Assembly (NCBI GenBank): GCA_002720855.1
Contig: PBIN01000009.1
Span: 153,222-217,221 of the forward strand
Length of the DNA stretch: 64,000 nucleotides
Direction of reading: 5' to 3'
Origin: Rhodospirillaceae bacterium
GTDB taxonomy: Bacteria; Pseudomonadota; Alphaproteobacteria; MPNO01; UBA2964
Shown here: positions 17,343-26,729 of the stretch, one piece after another
How the letters are laid out: every line of letters starts with the position of its first letter
How positions within the stretch are numbered: the first letter of the stretch is position 1
Program-made: the position numbers and the translations under genes
Notes under the pieces: model-generated
What the model was told of the DNA's origin: nothing
Seen by the model: only the letters and a program-made list of their open reading frames with translations
The model's database searches: none

Positions 17343-19253
17343 GTGCTAGATATCGTAAACGGAGACATTACACCTGAAGTCTTTCAGACCGAACGTGGTA
17401 TCCGCGTCATGGTCGATCACAGCCGTGATGAAAAGTTGACCGAATTCGGTAAAGAGACCCTGTCAGATCGATATTTAATGCCGGATGAAAGTTATCAGGA
17501 TCTCTTTGCACGTGTCGCGGCGCATTACGCGGACGATTCGGAGCACGCTCAGCGGCTTTACGATTACATCAGTAACCTATGGTTCATGCCCTCCACGCCG
17601 GTTCTTTCGAATGGCGGTACCAAGCGCGGATTGCCAATCTCGTGCTTTCTGAATGAGGCAAATGACAGCCTGAGCGGCATTGTGAATCTATGGAACGAGA
17701 ATGTCTGGCTCGCGGCAAAGGGCGGCGGCATTGGTAGCTATTGGGGCAATCTGCGTTCCATCGGCGAGAAAGTTGGCGCCAATGGCAAAACCTCGGGCAT
17801 TATTCCATTCATTCGCGTTATGGATTCGCTGACGCTGGCGATCAGTCAAGGCTCGTTGCGGCGTGGGTCTGCGGCAATCTATCTGCCAATTGACCATCCC
17901 GAAATTGAAGAATTTATCGAATTACGGCGTCCGACCGGTGGCGATCCCAACCGGAAAGCGCTCAACTTGCATCACGGGATTCTACTTACCGACGAGTTTA
18001 TGCGTTTGGTTGAGGAAGATGGCGAAATGCCGCTTCGCAGCCCGAAAGACCGTCACGTGGTACGGACTGTTTCCGCCCGCTCATTATGGATTCGCCTGCT
18101 GACGGCGCGCGTCGAGACCGGCGAGCCCTATTTCATCTATATCGACCATGTAAACAAGGCGATCCCGGAACATCACAAACTTGCTAATCTTGAAGTCAAA
18201 ATGTCCAACCTGTGCAGTGAGATTACGCTGCCGACGGGCACCGATAAGGATGGCAAGGAACGTACCGCCGTATGCTGCTTGTGCTCGCTCAATCTTGAAA
18301 CCTGGATGGAGTGGAACGAAGAACCGCAATTTATTCCTGATGTCATGCGGTTCCTCGACAATGTTCTGCAGGATTTCATCGATAATGCGCCCGATGAGAT
18401 GGACCGCGCCCGCTATTCGGCAATGCGCGAGCGTTCGGTTGGTCTTGGCGTGATGGGTCTGCACTCTTTCTACCAGCAGCAGAATATTCCGTTGGAATCG
18501 GTTATGGCGAAAGTGTGGAACAAGAAAATGTTCAAACACATCCGCGAACAGGCTGATGTGGCGTCAGTTGAGTTGGCACATGAACGTGGTGCCTGCCCGG
18601 ATGCCGCCGATTACGGCATCATGGAACGGTTCTCGAGCAAAATGGCGGTCGCCCCGACGGCATCAATTTCGATCATTTGTGGCGGTTCATCGCCTGGTAT
18701 CGAGCCGATTGCTGCGAATTCCTTTACGCACAAAACGCTGTCCGGCTCGTTTAGCGTCAAAAACAAGTATCTCAAGGAGCTGCTGGCCGAAAAAGGCAAG
18801 GATACCGACGAAATCTGGTCATCTATCACGACGCATGAAGGCTCGGTTCAGCATCTCGATTTCCTGACAGACGATGAAAAAGACGTGTTCAAGACGGCGT
18901 TTGAGCTTGATCAGCGCTGGATTATCGATCTTGCGGGCGATCGTTCCGAATTCATCTGTCAGTCGCAATCAATAAACGTATTCCTGCCGGCCGATGTCGA
19001 AAAGAAAGTGCTGCATCAAATCCATTGGCAGGCCTGGAAGAAAGGCGTCAAAAGCCTCTATTACTGCCGGTCCAAATCGATCCAGCGTGCCGAAGCAGTA
19101 TCGCAGAAGCAGGAAGTCACCGAGATTGCGGAGGACGGCATTATGCCGGTGCCGTCGCCGGATGCGATTGAGATCCCGCTGGCTGCTGCTGCTTCAAGCG
19201 AAGGCGGTTCGGAAAACGACAATGATTACGAGGAATGCCTCTCTTGTCAGTAA
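17343..19253 (+). CDS. nrdA: Class I ribonucleoside-diphosphate reductase large (alpha) subunit; short form without an ATP-cone.
   Basis: GTG start after an AAGGGAG RBS. An NrdA/E-type catalytic region (LCSEITLPT) is present. Confidence 0.75.
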   Translation: MLDIVNGDITPEVFQTERGIRVMVDHSRDEKLTEFGKETLSDRYLMPDESYQDLFARVAAHYADDSEHAQRLYDYISNLWFMPSTPVLSNGGTKRGLPISCFLNEANDSLSGIVNLWNENVWLAAKGGGIGSYWGNLRSIGEKVGANGKTSGIIPFIRVMDSLTLAISQGSLRRGSAAIYLPIDHPEIEEFIELRRPTGGDPNRKALNLHHGILLTDEFMRLVEEDGEMPLRSPKDRHVVRTVSARSLWIRLLTARVETGEPYFIYIDHVNKAIPEHHKLANLEVKMSNLCSEITLPTGTDKDGKERTAVCCLCSLNLETWMEWNEEPQFIPDVMRFLDNVLQDFIDNAPDEMDRARYSAMRERSVGLGVMGLHSFYQQQNIPLESVMAKVWNKKMFKHIREQADVASVELAHERGACPDAADYGIMERFSSKMAVAPTASISIICGGSSPGIEPIAANSFTHKTLSGSFSVKNKYLKELLAEKGKDTDEIWSSITTHEGSVQHLDFLTDDEKDVFKTAFELDQRWIIDLAGDRSEFICQSQSINVFLPADVEKKVLHQIHWQAWKKGVKSLYYCRSKSIQRAEAVSQKQEVTEIAEDGIMPVPSPDAIEIPLAAAASSEGGSENDNDYEECLSCQ

Positions 19254-19328
19254 GGAACAGATAATAGGAACTTTGGGGCCATCGGGGCCCCAATATTTTG
19301 GGAATTTGCGGGAAGGGAAGAATAGAAA

Positions 19329-20294
19329 ATGTCAGGGCTGTTGGAAGAAAAGATCGTCTATAAGCCGTTTCGCTATCCGTGGTGTTACGACGCTTGGCTG
19401 ACGCAGCAGCGTGTTCATTGGATTCCCGAAGAGGTGCCGTTGGCCGATGACGTCAAGGATTGGCACAACAAGCTAAATCCCGTGGAACGTCATACCCTGA
19501 CACAGATTTTCCGCTTCTTCACGCAGGCCGATATCGAGGTCAATAACTGCTATATGAAGCATTACTCGCAGGTCTTTAAACCGACCGAAGTGCAGATGAT
19601 GCTGGCGGCGTTCTCGAATATTGAGACCGTTCATATCGCAGCCTATTCCTATCTGCTCGATACTATCGGCATGCCCGAGACCGAGTATCAGGCTTTCCTC
19701 CGCTACAAGGAAATGAAGGACAAGTACGACTATATGCAGGGCTTCAACTGCAATAGTAAGGTGGATATCGCCAAGACGCTCGCAGTGTTCGCGGCCTTTA
19801 CTGAAGGGCTTCAGCTCTTTGCGTCATTTGCGATCCTGCTCAACTTCCCGCGTCACAACAAGATGAAGGGGATGGGCCAGATCGTTTCCTGGTCGGTGCG
19901 GGATGAGAGCCTGCATACTGAATCCATGATCAAGCTTTTCCGGACCTTTGTGTCGGAAAACCCTGAAATCTGGACAGCTGATTTACAGCGCGAAATCTAC
20001 AAAGCCTGCAATACAGTCGTGGATCACGAAGATGCCTTTATCAATTTGGCGTTTGAGTTGGGACCGGTTGAAGGGCTGACGGCGGGTGAGGTGAAGGATT
20101 ACATCCGTTATATCGCTGACCGGCGTTTGTCGCAGCTCGGCCTGCAGCCGATCTTCCGTATCGAAAGCAACCCGCTCCCCTGGCTGGATGAAATCCTCAA
20201 CGGGGTTGAGCATGCGAATTTCTTCGAAAACCGTGCGACCGAGTATTCCAAAGCGGCAACGCGAGGAGACTGGGACGAGGTATGGAACAGCTGA
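19329..20294 (+). CDS. nrdB: Class I ribonucleotide reductase small (beta) subunit.
   Basis: Ferritin-like R2 fold. IETVHIAAY carries the E-x-x-H ligands and a Tyr four residues after the His. An upstream Asp (QADIEV) is spaced 31 residues from that Glu, as in E. coli R2. Confidence 0.75.
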   Translation: MSGLLEEKIVYKPFRYPWCYDAWLTQQRVHWIPEEVPLADDVKDWHNKLNPVERHTLTQIFRFFTQADIEVNNCYMKHYSQVFKPTEVQMMLAAFSNIETVHIAAYSYLLDTIGMPETEYQAFLRYKEMKDKYDYMQGFNCNSKVDIAKTLAVFAAFTEGLQLFASFAILLNFPRHNKMKGMGQIVSWSVRDESLHTESMIKLFRTFVSENPEIWTADLQREIYKACNTVVDHEDAFINLAFELGPVEGLTAGEVKDYIRYIADRRLSQLGLQPIFRIESNPLPWLDEILNGVEHANFFENRATEYSKAATRGDWDEVWNS

Positions 20295-20338
20295 TTGCTT
20301 AGCGTAGTTTCTTAGAGTAGGCACCGGAGCAATTAGCC

Positions 20339-20374
20339 GGGCCGCCGTCCGCAAGGGCGGCGGCCCATTTCTTT
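20339..20374 (+). terminator. GC-rich hairpin terminator after nrdB.
   Basis: Stem GGGCCGCCG, 10-nt loop, stem CGGCGGCCC, then ATTTCTTT. Confidence 0.5.
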
Positions 20375-20395
20375 AGCCCACCAATGGATTTTGAT

Positions 20396-21313
20396 CTACG
20401 CGGATTCTTGCCCAAAGACACCAGAGGAAATCAGGGAGTTAATCTCCTTGCGGATGATCTCGCTTACGACCTCCGCGACCGGATCGCCCGCTAGGTCCTC
20501 CCGCATGATCAAGGTCCGTGTAATACCAATGCCATTCAACCGCGTGACATTAAATTTGTGATTCTTTAATTCTTCAAAAATCGAGGAATGCGGCAAAAGC
20601 GCATAGGCGAGGCCCCGTCTTACGAAGTCTTTAATTACATCGAGGCTTTCCAATTCGTAGGCAATATTGAGGGAGACACCGGCTTTTGCGGCGGCATGAT
20701 CAAATATTTTTTGTGGCCCACTTGCCCGGCCAAATGTTGCCAGCGGAAATGGTTGCAGTTCTGAAATCTCAATGTTTTCTGCAGAGAAACGTTCATCCGA
20801 ACGACCGCCGACAAGATAAACCGGTTCAGTGACAAGAGGTTCTAAAGTGAATCCTGTACGTGAGTCAGGATCTACCATTACTGCGATATCGACGCGTCGA
20901 GAATCAAGCGCTGCCAATAATGTATAGGCGCCACCCTCGACCACCCTAAGGGCTATTCTTGAAAAGTTTTTCTCAATCGAATTTGCTACACCGCCGAAAA
21001 GGTGTCTTCCCAATGAACCCGGTGCACCAATCGTGGCAATACCAGACGGGCTTTCGACATCTTCCGATACCAGCGATCGGATTTCGTTTAATTGGCGAAT
21101 GATTGCTGTCGCATGGTCGAGGAATCGCGTGCCGGCGGGCGTTAGGCGAATGCCTCTCGCATGCCTAGCACATAGTTCGACGCCAAGTTCCCCTTCCAAT
21201 GACCGGAGATGACGCGTTAGGGCTGGCTGGGCAACGTGAAGACGGTTTGACGCCTCTCTTAAACTGCCAGCGGCAGCAATTTCCACAAAATATCTGAGCT
21301 GGCGCAGTTCCAT
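20396..21313 (-). CDS. LysR-family transcriptional regulator.
   Basis: N-terminal HTH MELRQLRYFVEIAAAGSLREASNRLHVAQPALTRHLRSLE and a substrate-binding C-terminal domain. Confidence 0.85.
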   Translation of the reverse strand: MELRQLRYFVEIAAAGSLREASNRLHVAQPALTRHLRSLEGELGVELCARHARGIRLTPAGTRFLDHATAIIRQLNEIRSLVSEDVESPSGIATIGAPGSLGRHLFGGVANSIEKNFSRIALRVVEGGAYTLLAALDSRRVDIAVMVDPDSRTGFTLEPLVTEPVYLVGGRSDERFSAENIEISELQPFPLATFGRASGPQKIFDHAAAKAGVSLNIAYELESLDVIKDFVRRGLAYALLPHSSIFEELKNHKFNVTRLNGIGITRTLIMREDLAGDPVAEVVSEIIRKEINSLISSGVFGQESA

Positions 21314-21339
21314 ATCCGCTTCTTAATTGATCACAATTT

Positions 21340-21351
21340 GTTATCGATAAC
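21340..21351. promoter_or_regulatory. Perfect palindrome GTTATCGATAAC with two further TTATCG repeats; a likely LysR-type operator.
   Basis: It sits 27 bp upstream of the LysR gene start in the divergent intergenic region. Confidence 0.35.
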
Positions 21352-21451
21352 GAGACTAACACGATATTTATCGTTTCAAAATGTTATCGGTAGGTTGTCT
21401 ACAACAAAAATAAATTTTAAGACCAACAGGGTTCCGACGCAGTAAAACATC

Positions 21452-21985
21452 ATGTCATTGCCTATACCGAAAACGGCAGCAGAAGCGCTGCTCATGCGCA
21501 TGAAATTTTGCGGAATTGACTACGTCTTTTCCAACGGTGGGACTGATTTTGCTTCAATCATCGAAGCGTATGCACGCGGGGCGACCGCGGGGTTGCCAAT
21601 GCCGGAGCCCATCATCGTAGCGCATGAAACTGCAGCCGTCGCGATGGCGACAGCCGTGCAAGCGACCCGAATTGGCTTGGTTATCTTCGCGATCCCCTTC
21701 TTGTTTGCCTATAACCCGATAATGCTGATTGTCCCTGAAGGGGGTGCGGCCTGGGATACTGTTGCTTTCCTCTTCGTACTGATAAAGCTCGCGGCCATTG
21801 TTTACATGCTTTCAAGTGCCGCATCGGGTTTCGACAAGACGAAAATGCACGTGCTCGAATCCATTTTGCGTATCGCAATTGCCTTGATCATTATTCACCC
21901 TGATATGTTGATCAGCGGATGTGCGATTGGTGCCGCGATAGCGATTTTTGCCGGGCATCGAATGCTAAAGTTAAGTCGCACATGA
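21452..21985 (+). pseudogene. Chimeric ORF. About 70 aa of a thiamine-diphosphate enzyme N-terminal domain are fused to a hydrophobic C-terminal fragment of a membrane transporter.
   Basis: Residues 1-75 resemble a TPP-enzyme N-domain (AAEALLMRMKFCGIDYVFSNGGTDF...PIIVAHETAAVAMA). The sequence then switches abruptly, at about nt 21665, to transmembrane sequence (IGLVIFAIPFLFAYNPIML...). Confidence 0.4.
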
Positions 21986-22114
21986 ATTTGTAAATAAGCG
22001 CTGCTTTTGGTCCGGAAAAAGTCCTTTTCCATTGACAGGATATGGCTCTATGCGGATTCTGTCCGTCAGATTTATGGATGGAAAGTCATCTAGCGATTAA
22101 TAGGGAGATTTGGA

Positions 22115-23020
22115 ATGACGAATGAGACCCCCGTAAAGTTAGCGGTCATGAATGCTGTGCACGATTTGCCCGTGTTGGTGGCTCGCGACGAAGGGTTTTT
22201 TAAAGACGAAGGACTCGACATCGAGTTTGTGACGACGCCCGGCATGGCACAGGTCACAACTTCGCATACGGTTCAATTTGACTCTGTTTTCGAGCGCCCA
22301 CTCGACTCTGTCTATAACGATGGGGGCATAGATCAGTTCCGCATGTGCGAGTGGGGGATCGTCAAACGGGCTGTAGAAGCCGAGGCAAACGGATTGCGGT
22401 CGCGCAAAATTGTTTCTCTCGGTGCGTCCATGTCCAAATTCGCCATTGCCGTTAATCCCGACTCCGATATTTACGAGCCTGAAATGCTGAAGGGCAAGCC
22501 GATCGCGGTCACGCCGAATAACGGATCGCACTTCGTTACCCTGAAGATGATCGAAGGCTTTATTGCGAAGGAGCATGTAAAGGTCACTAATGCAGGCTCG
22601 ATGCCTAAACGGATCGATGCCCTCAAGAAGGGTGAGGTCGCTGGCGTCAGCTTGATGGAACCTTGGATTAGCGTCGCAGAAAAAGAAGGGCTTCGTATCC
22701 TGATGGAATCTCATTCAACCCGCGCGGAAGCGGCAGGTGATGACCTCGACGGGCCGACCCTTGCGGCAATGTTTCGGGCGCAGGCGCGGGCGTGCGAGGT
22801 TTTAGCCAATGATCCGACGCCTTATATCCACTATTTCATCAATGAAACCGGTGGACGGCTGGACGAGAAAGATTTCCGCCATGAGCGGTTGCTCCATGCG
22901 CCGCCGCAGCCTTATACGCGGGAACGTTGGGACGATACCTATAACTGGACGGTGAGCTGGAATATGACAGTGCCAGACGCCAGTTACGAACAAATCGTCG
23001 ATAACCGCGCGTTCGATTAA
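22115..23020 (+). CDS. NMT1/THI5-like periplasmic-binding-fold protein without a signal peptide.
   Basis: 301 aa. No N-terminal hydrophobic segment. A GGAG RBS is present. Confidence 0.55.
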   Translation: MTNETPVKLAVMNAVHDLPVLVARDEGFFKDEGLDIEFVTTPGMAQVTTSHTVQFDSVFERPLDSVYNDGGIDQFRMCEWGIVKRAVEAEANGLRSRKIVSLGASMSKFAIAVNPDSDIYEPEMLKGKPIAVTPNNGSHFVTLKMIEGFIAKEHVKVTNAGSMPKRIDALKKGEVAGVSLMEPWISVAEKEGLRILMESHSTRAEAAGDDLDGPTLAAMFRAQARACEVLANDPTPYIHYFINETGGRLDEKDFRHERLLHAPPQPYTRERWDDTYNWTVSWNMTVPDASYEQIVDNRAFD

Positions 23021-23033
23021 AGCAGTTTAATAA

Positions 23034-23078
23034 GCCACCACCAGTTGCCTTACGGGCGATTGGTGGTGGTTTTTTTTT
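23034..23078 (+). terminator. Rho-independent terminator between convergent genes.
   Basis: Stem GCCACCACCAG, loop, stem TTGGTGGTGG, then T9. Confidence 0.6.
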
Positions 23079-23092
23079 GTGAAATTGAACGC

Positions 23093-24118
23093 TTAGCTCG
23101 GCAGGAAAACGCCCTTGCCTGTCTTTTGCTGATCCAGCAATTTATAGGCCTCATCCGCCTGTTCGAGCTTGAACTGATGGGTGAAGACGCTATCGACGTC
23201 GATCTTGCGATCCGAGACAAATCGCGCACAATCGGCCTGTCCGTTCTTGGAAAATGTCCAATGGCCCACCAATGTCACCTGACGGAAAACAAGGTCTGGC
23301 CCAACCATGAAGGTAAGTTCGCCCCCACCCGCAATGAAACAGCAAGTGCCCCATTTACGGGTACCTTTGACCGCCGCTGTACGTGCCTGCGAGACGCCCG
23401 CCGTTTCAACAACTTTGTGGGCGCCCTCACCGTGCGTCAGCTCTTTGATGGCCTCGACTGGATCAACATCTGTTGGGTCAATAACAGCGTGCGCCCCTTT
23501 CTCAAGGGCAAGCTCTCGGCGTTCGGGAGATGTCTCAATAGCGATAACATGCGCGCCCATCTCCGCGCCGAATTGGGTTGTTGATAGTCCGACAGGACCC
23601 TGGCCATAAACAGCGAGCGTCTCGTCACCTTCAAGGCCTACTCTTTTAAGCGCGCCATACGCCGTCCCCGTGCCGCAGGAAATGGCAGCGCCGGTCATAA
23701 AGCTTAGATCCTCCGGCAACGGAACCAGCGTATGAGCCGCAGCGGCCATATAGCGTGCATGTGCGCCATGGCCTTGGCCAGAGCCATAAACCGTGGGGCC
23801 TTCATCGCAAAGTTGTGACCAGCCCGATTTACAGTGCCGGCAATTGCCACAGCCGTCATAGTGATGAACCATGACCCGGTCGCCGACCTTTGCTTCGCTC
23901 TCGGTAACATGTTCGCCGAGTGCCACGACGACGCCACATGGTTCGTGACCTGCAATAAAATGCTCGGTTCCTTTAAATTCACGACGATATGCATGTAAAT
24001 CGGTGCCGCACATACCGGACGCCTTGATTTCAAGAACAACGTCACGCGGGCTAGGCGTAGGGTCGGCAAACTCCCGCAATTCCAGTTCGCGGTTTCCGAG
24101 AAATGTAATGCCCAACAT
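23093..24118 (-). CDS. Zinc-dependent alcohol dehydrogenase (medium-chain dehydrogenase/reductase).
   Basis: Motif GHEPCGVVVALG. The start is at the internal Met (MLGITF...) rather than the track's 24187. Confidence 0.75.
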   Translation of the reverse strand: MLGITFLGNRELELREFADPTPSPRDVVLEIKASGMCGTDLHAYRREFKGTEHFIAGHEPCGVVVALGEHVTESEAKVGDRVMVHHYDGCGNCRHCKSGWSQLCDEGPTVYGSGQGHGAHARYMAAAAHTLVPLPEDLSFMTGAAISCGTGTAYGALKRVGLEGDETLAVYGQGPVGLSTTQFGAEMGAHVIAIETSPERRELALEKGAHAVIDPTDVDPVEAIKELTHGEGAHKVVETAGVSQARTAAVKGTRKWGTCCFIAGGGELTFMVGPDLVFRQVTLVGHWTFSKNGQADCARFVSDRKIDVDSVFTHQFKLEQADEAYKLLDQQKTGKGVFLPS

Positions 24119-24283
24119 ACTAATTTCGCCCCCAGATAATTCACATCGATTACAAATAGTAATAGCATTTTGCGAGTTGGGGGACACCTGACCGACTTTC
24201 TTTACTTGTCTCTCGTGACGTGGGCATTTGGGCTGGTATCATGAGCCATCATCAACGATCAGGCATTCGCCGGGGAGATCGAT

Positions 24284-24673
24284 ATGGCTCACAAATTTAC
24301 AAATCCGGATAGCGTAACGACGCCGCTAAATTATCATCAATCCGTAGAAGCAGAACCAGGTTGTCGATATCTGTTTGTCGCCGGACAGACGGGTATTGCG
24401 CTCGATGGTTCAATCCCGGATGGCATAGAGGCGCAGGCGGAGCTTGCCTTTGGTAATATGCAAAAAGTTCTCGCGGAATCGGGTTTTGGCCTTGAAGACG
24501 TCGTCTTTATGAAGTCATTTCTGACACGACGCGAGGATCGTGACGGATACCAAAAAGTTCGAGCCAGCGTCTGGGGAACAAACAAACCCGCCTCAACATT
24601 CTTGCTGGTTTCTGGACTAGCAAGGCCCCAATTTCTGGTCGAAGTCGAGTGTATCGCCGCAAAGAAAGATTGA
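24284..24673 (+). CDS. RidA/YjgF-family protein.
   Basis: 129 aa; YLFVAGQTG ... VEVECIA. Confidence 0.75.
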   Translation: MAHKFTNPDSVTTPLNYHQSVEAEPGCRYLFVAGQTGIALDGSIPDGIEAQAELAFGNMQKVLAESGFGLEDVVFMKSFLTRREDRDGYQKVRASVWGTNKPASTFLLVSGLARPQFLVEVECIAAKKD

Positions 24674-24674
24674 T

Positions 24675-25610
24675 ATGACGAACGTACCCGCCGATGCGCC
24701 CCAAACCCCGGGCGGTTCAGCCGTATTTCTTGACCATGTCGGATGGTTTGTACCCGATATGGATGCGCTTTCGGACACCATGGAAAAGCTGGGATTTGTT
24801 CTGACGCCCTTTGTTGCGCAGCACAATGCTGATCCAGATGGCGGAGCGCCTATACCGGCGGGGACCGGTAACCGCTGCGCGATGCTACAGCGTGGTTATC
24901 TTGAGTTTCTCGCGGCTGTTCCCGGTGTCGACACCCCTCTGGCGCAACAACTCAATGACGCGCTGGATCGCTATCATGGTTTGCATCTAATCGCTTTTAC
25001 CGTTGATGACAGTGAAGGAGCACATAAAAGGCTCCACGACGGTGGTTTTACACCGCTCGATCCGGTGCATCTGCGCCGGCCGCTGACGCTAGGCGACGGT
25101 AGTGAAGCCGAGGTCGCCTTTACGGTACTGCGTGTTCCGCCCGGCGTAATGGCGGAAGGCCGCATTCAAATGCTGCGTCAAGAAACGCCGGATCTGGTGT
25201 GGCAGGATCATTTGATTGCCCGCGAAAATGCCGTGGTGGCATTGGGTGGTGTGATTTTATGTGTTGATGACGTTGAGGAAGCATCTGAACGCTTTAGCCG
25301 GTTTGTCGGCGTACCGGTTGAGGGTGCTGGTGGTTATCGCTCTCTGCAGCTTGATCGTGGGAGACTGGGTTTTATGACGCCCGAAGAGATCAAGGGACGC
25401 ATATTTGCCATAGAAGTCCCGACGACACCGTTTATGGCAATCGTCTGCCTGCAATCAGAAGATCTTGGCAAAACCCAACATTTTTTATCAGACGCTGCTA
25501 TTTCGATCACGAAGCTTAGTGATCACGCCTTACTGGTAAATTCCCAGGATGCAGCTGGAGCTTCAATCATCATCTTCGATAAGGAAGAAGTGTGGCCGCC
25601 CGGAGATTAG
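24675..25610 (+). CDS. Two-domain VOC (glyoxalase/dioxygenase) family protein.
   Basis: Two glyoxalase-like halves (DHVGWFVPDMD..., VVALGGVILCVDD...). It begins 2 nt after the RidA stop. Confidence 0.5.
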   Translation: MTNVPADAPQTPGGSAVFLDHVGWFVPDMDALSDTMEKLGFVLTPFVAQHNADPDGGAPIPAGTGNRCAMLQRGYLEFLAAVPGVDTPLAQQLNDALDRYHGLHLIAFTVDDSEGAHKRLHDGGFTPLDPVHLRRPLTLGDGSEAEVAFTVLRVPPGVMAEGRIQMLRQETPDLVWQDHLIARENAVVALGGVILCVDDVEEASERFSRFVGVPVEGAGGYRSLQLDRGRLGFMTPEEIKGRIFAIEVPTTPFMAIVCLQSEDLGKTQHFLSDAAISITKLSDHALLVNSQDAAGASIIIFDKEEVWPPGD

Positions 25611-26719
25611 TCGTCGCTTTCTGAATAGTTGGTAATGTTCATGTCTGCATCGAATTCCAGCAGACCGTCCTGAAGCCACTGCGATGGTAGGACCTGCGGG
25701 CCGCGTTTTAAAGTCGGGAAAATCGCAGCGTCCTCCTTAGTTTGGGCTGGCCAGACATTGTTAGCGACAGCGGATTCGCGAACCAAAATGTCATCAGGGG
25801 TCACATTCCAAACCACCAGATCTTCCGCCAGAGTTAACGGGCCGTCATATATCGACCTGATTTCCTGCAGCACCTCGTATTTCGTGTCGAGGTCATTAAA
25901 AAAGTGGTAGGCGATGGCGAGCCGGGGTTTGACGACACTGAAGACCTTCCCAGCCTGCGCCGGGGATGTGTGATATTTGGTGGCAACCATCTCTGCGATT
26001 TCAGGTTTGAAGCCGCGGCGTCGAACCAGAGTGTCCGCCGTCATGAAAGATTCGTGAATTACCAGGTCGGCATTGCGGGCATATTCTAGGAACCACTTGT
26101 TGGGATTGGTGTCGGATGAATAGACAATGGTTCTACCATTCCATTCGAGCCGGAAGCTAACCGGGCCATCGGATATATGAACTGCGGGGAAAGAGGTGAT
26201 TTTGACGCCGTTCTCTTCATAGATCACAGCTGGTTCGGAAAAATCAAACTCATGCGCAATCAGATCGCCACCCCTTTCGGGTACGCTGCCTGTACGCGTC
26301 CGGTAATCCCAAGCCAGAGTTTTTTTGAGATTTTCAATGAAGGCGGCGGTCCCATATTCCGGTGCTTCACCTGAAGGTCCCCACACCTCTAGTGGCTCAG
26401 TTCTAGCGCCAAGCCACCCACCGATCCAAAGCTCGGCGAGATCGCCGACATGATCAACATGCAAATGTCCAAGAAAGACTTTCGTAAGCTGATTATAGGG
26501 AATTTCAAGCGAGGCAAGATTGGCAGCCGCTTGCGAGCCGATATCGAAAACAAAATTTTCACCGTTACCAAGTTGTACCAAGAACGATGCCGACGCCTGG
26601 CTTCGGCGGACCAAGGGCATGCCTGTGCCAAGCGCTATCACTCTTACCTCATCCTCGGCTAGCTCCTCTGTTCCGGGAAAATAATGGTCCCGATAATCGC
26701 GATTTTTTGTAGAGATCAT
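25607..26719 (-). CDS. MBL-fold metallo-hydrolase.
   Basis: HLHVDHVGDL metallo-beta-lactamase motif. The start is at MISTKN, 11 nt after the upstream stop; the track's extension overlaps the upstream gene. Confidence 0.65.
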   Translation of the reverse strand: MISTKNRDYRDHYFPGTEELAEDEVRVIALGTGMPLVRRSQASASFLVQLGNGENFVFDIGSQAAANLASLEIPYNQLTKVFLGHLHVDHVGDLAELWIGGWLGARTEPLEVWGPSGEAPEYGTAAFIENLKKTLAWDYRTRTGSVPERGGDLIAHEFDFSEPAVIYEENGVKITSFPAVHISDGPVSFRLEWNGRTIVYSSDTNPNKWFLEYARNADLVIHESFMTADTLVRRRGFKPEIAEMVATKYHTSPAQAGKVFSVVKPRLAIAYHFFNDLDTKYEVLQEIRSIYDGPLTLAEDLVVWNVTPDDILVRESAVANNVWPAQTKEDAAIFPTLKRGPQVLPSQWLQDGLLEFDADMNITNYSESDD

Positions 26720-26729
26720 GATTGTCGCC

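Noticed and set aside
19329-20294. Possible class Ic RNR small subunit (Phe at the radical site).
   Set aside because: After re-aligning to the E. coli R2 motif spacing, the Tyr four residues after the iron-ligand His is present (IETVHIAAY). An Asp precedes that Glu by 31 residues as in E. coli. So it is an ordinary Tyr-radical R2.
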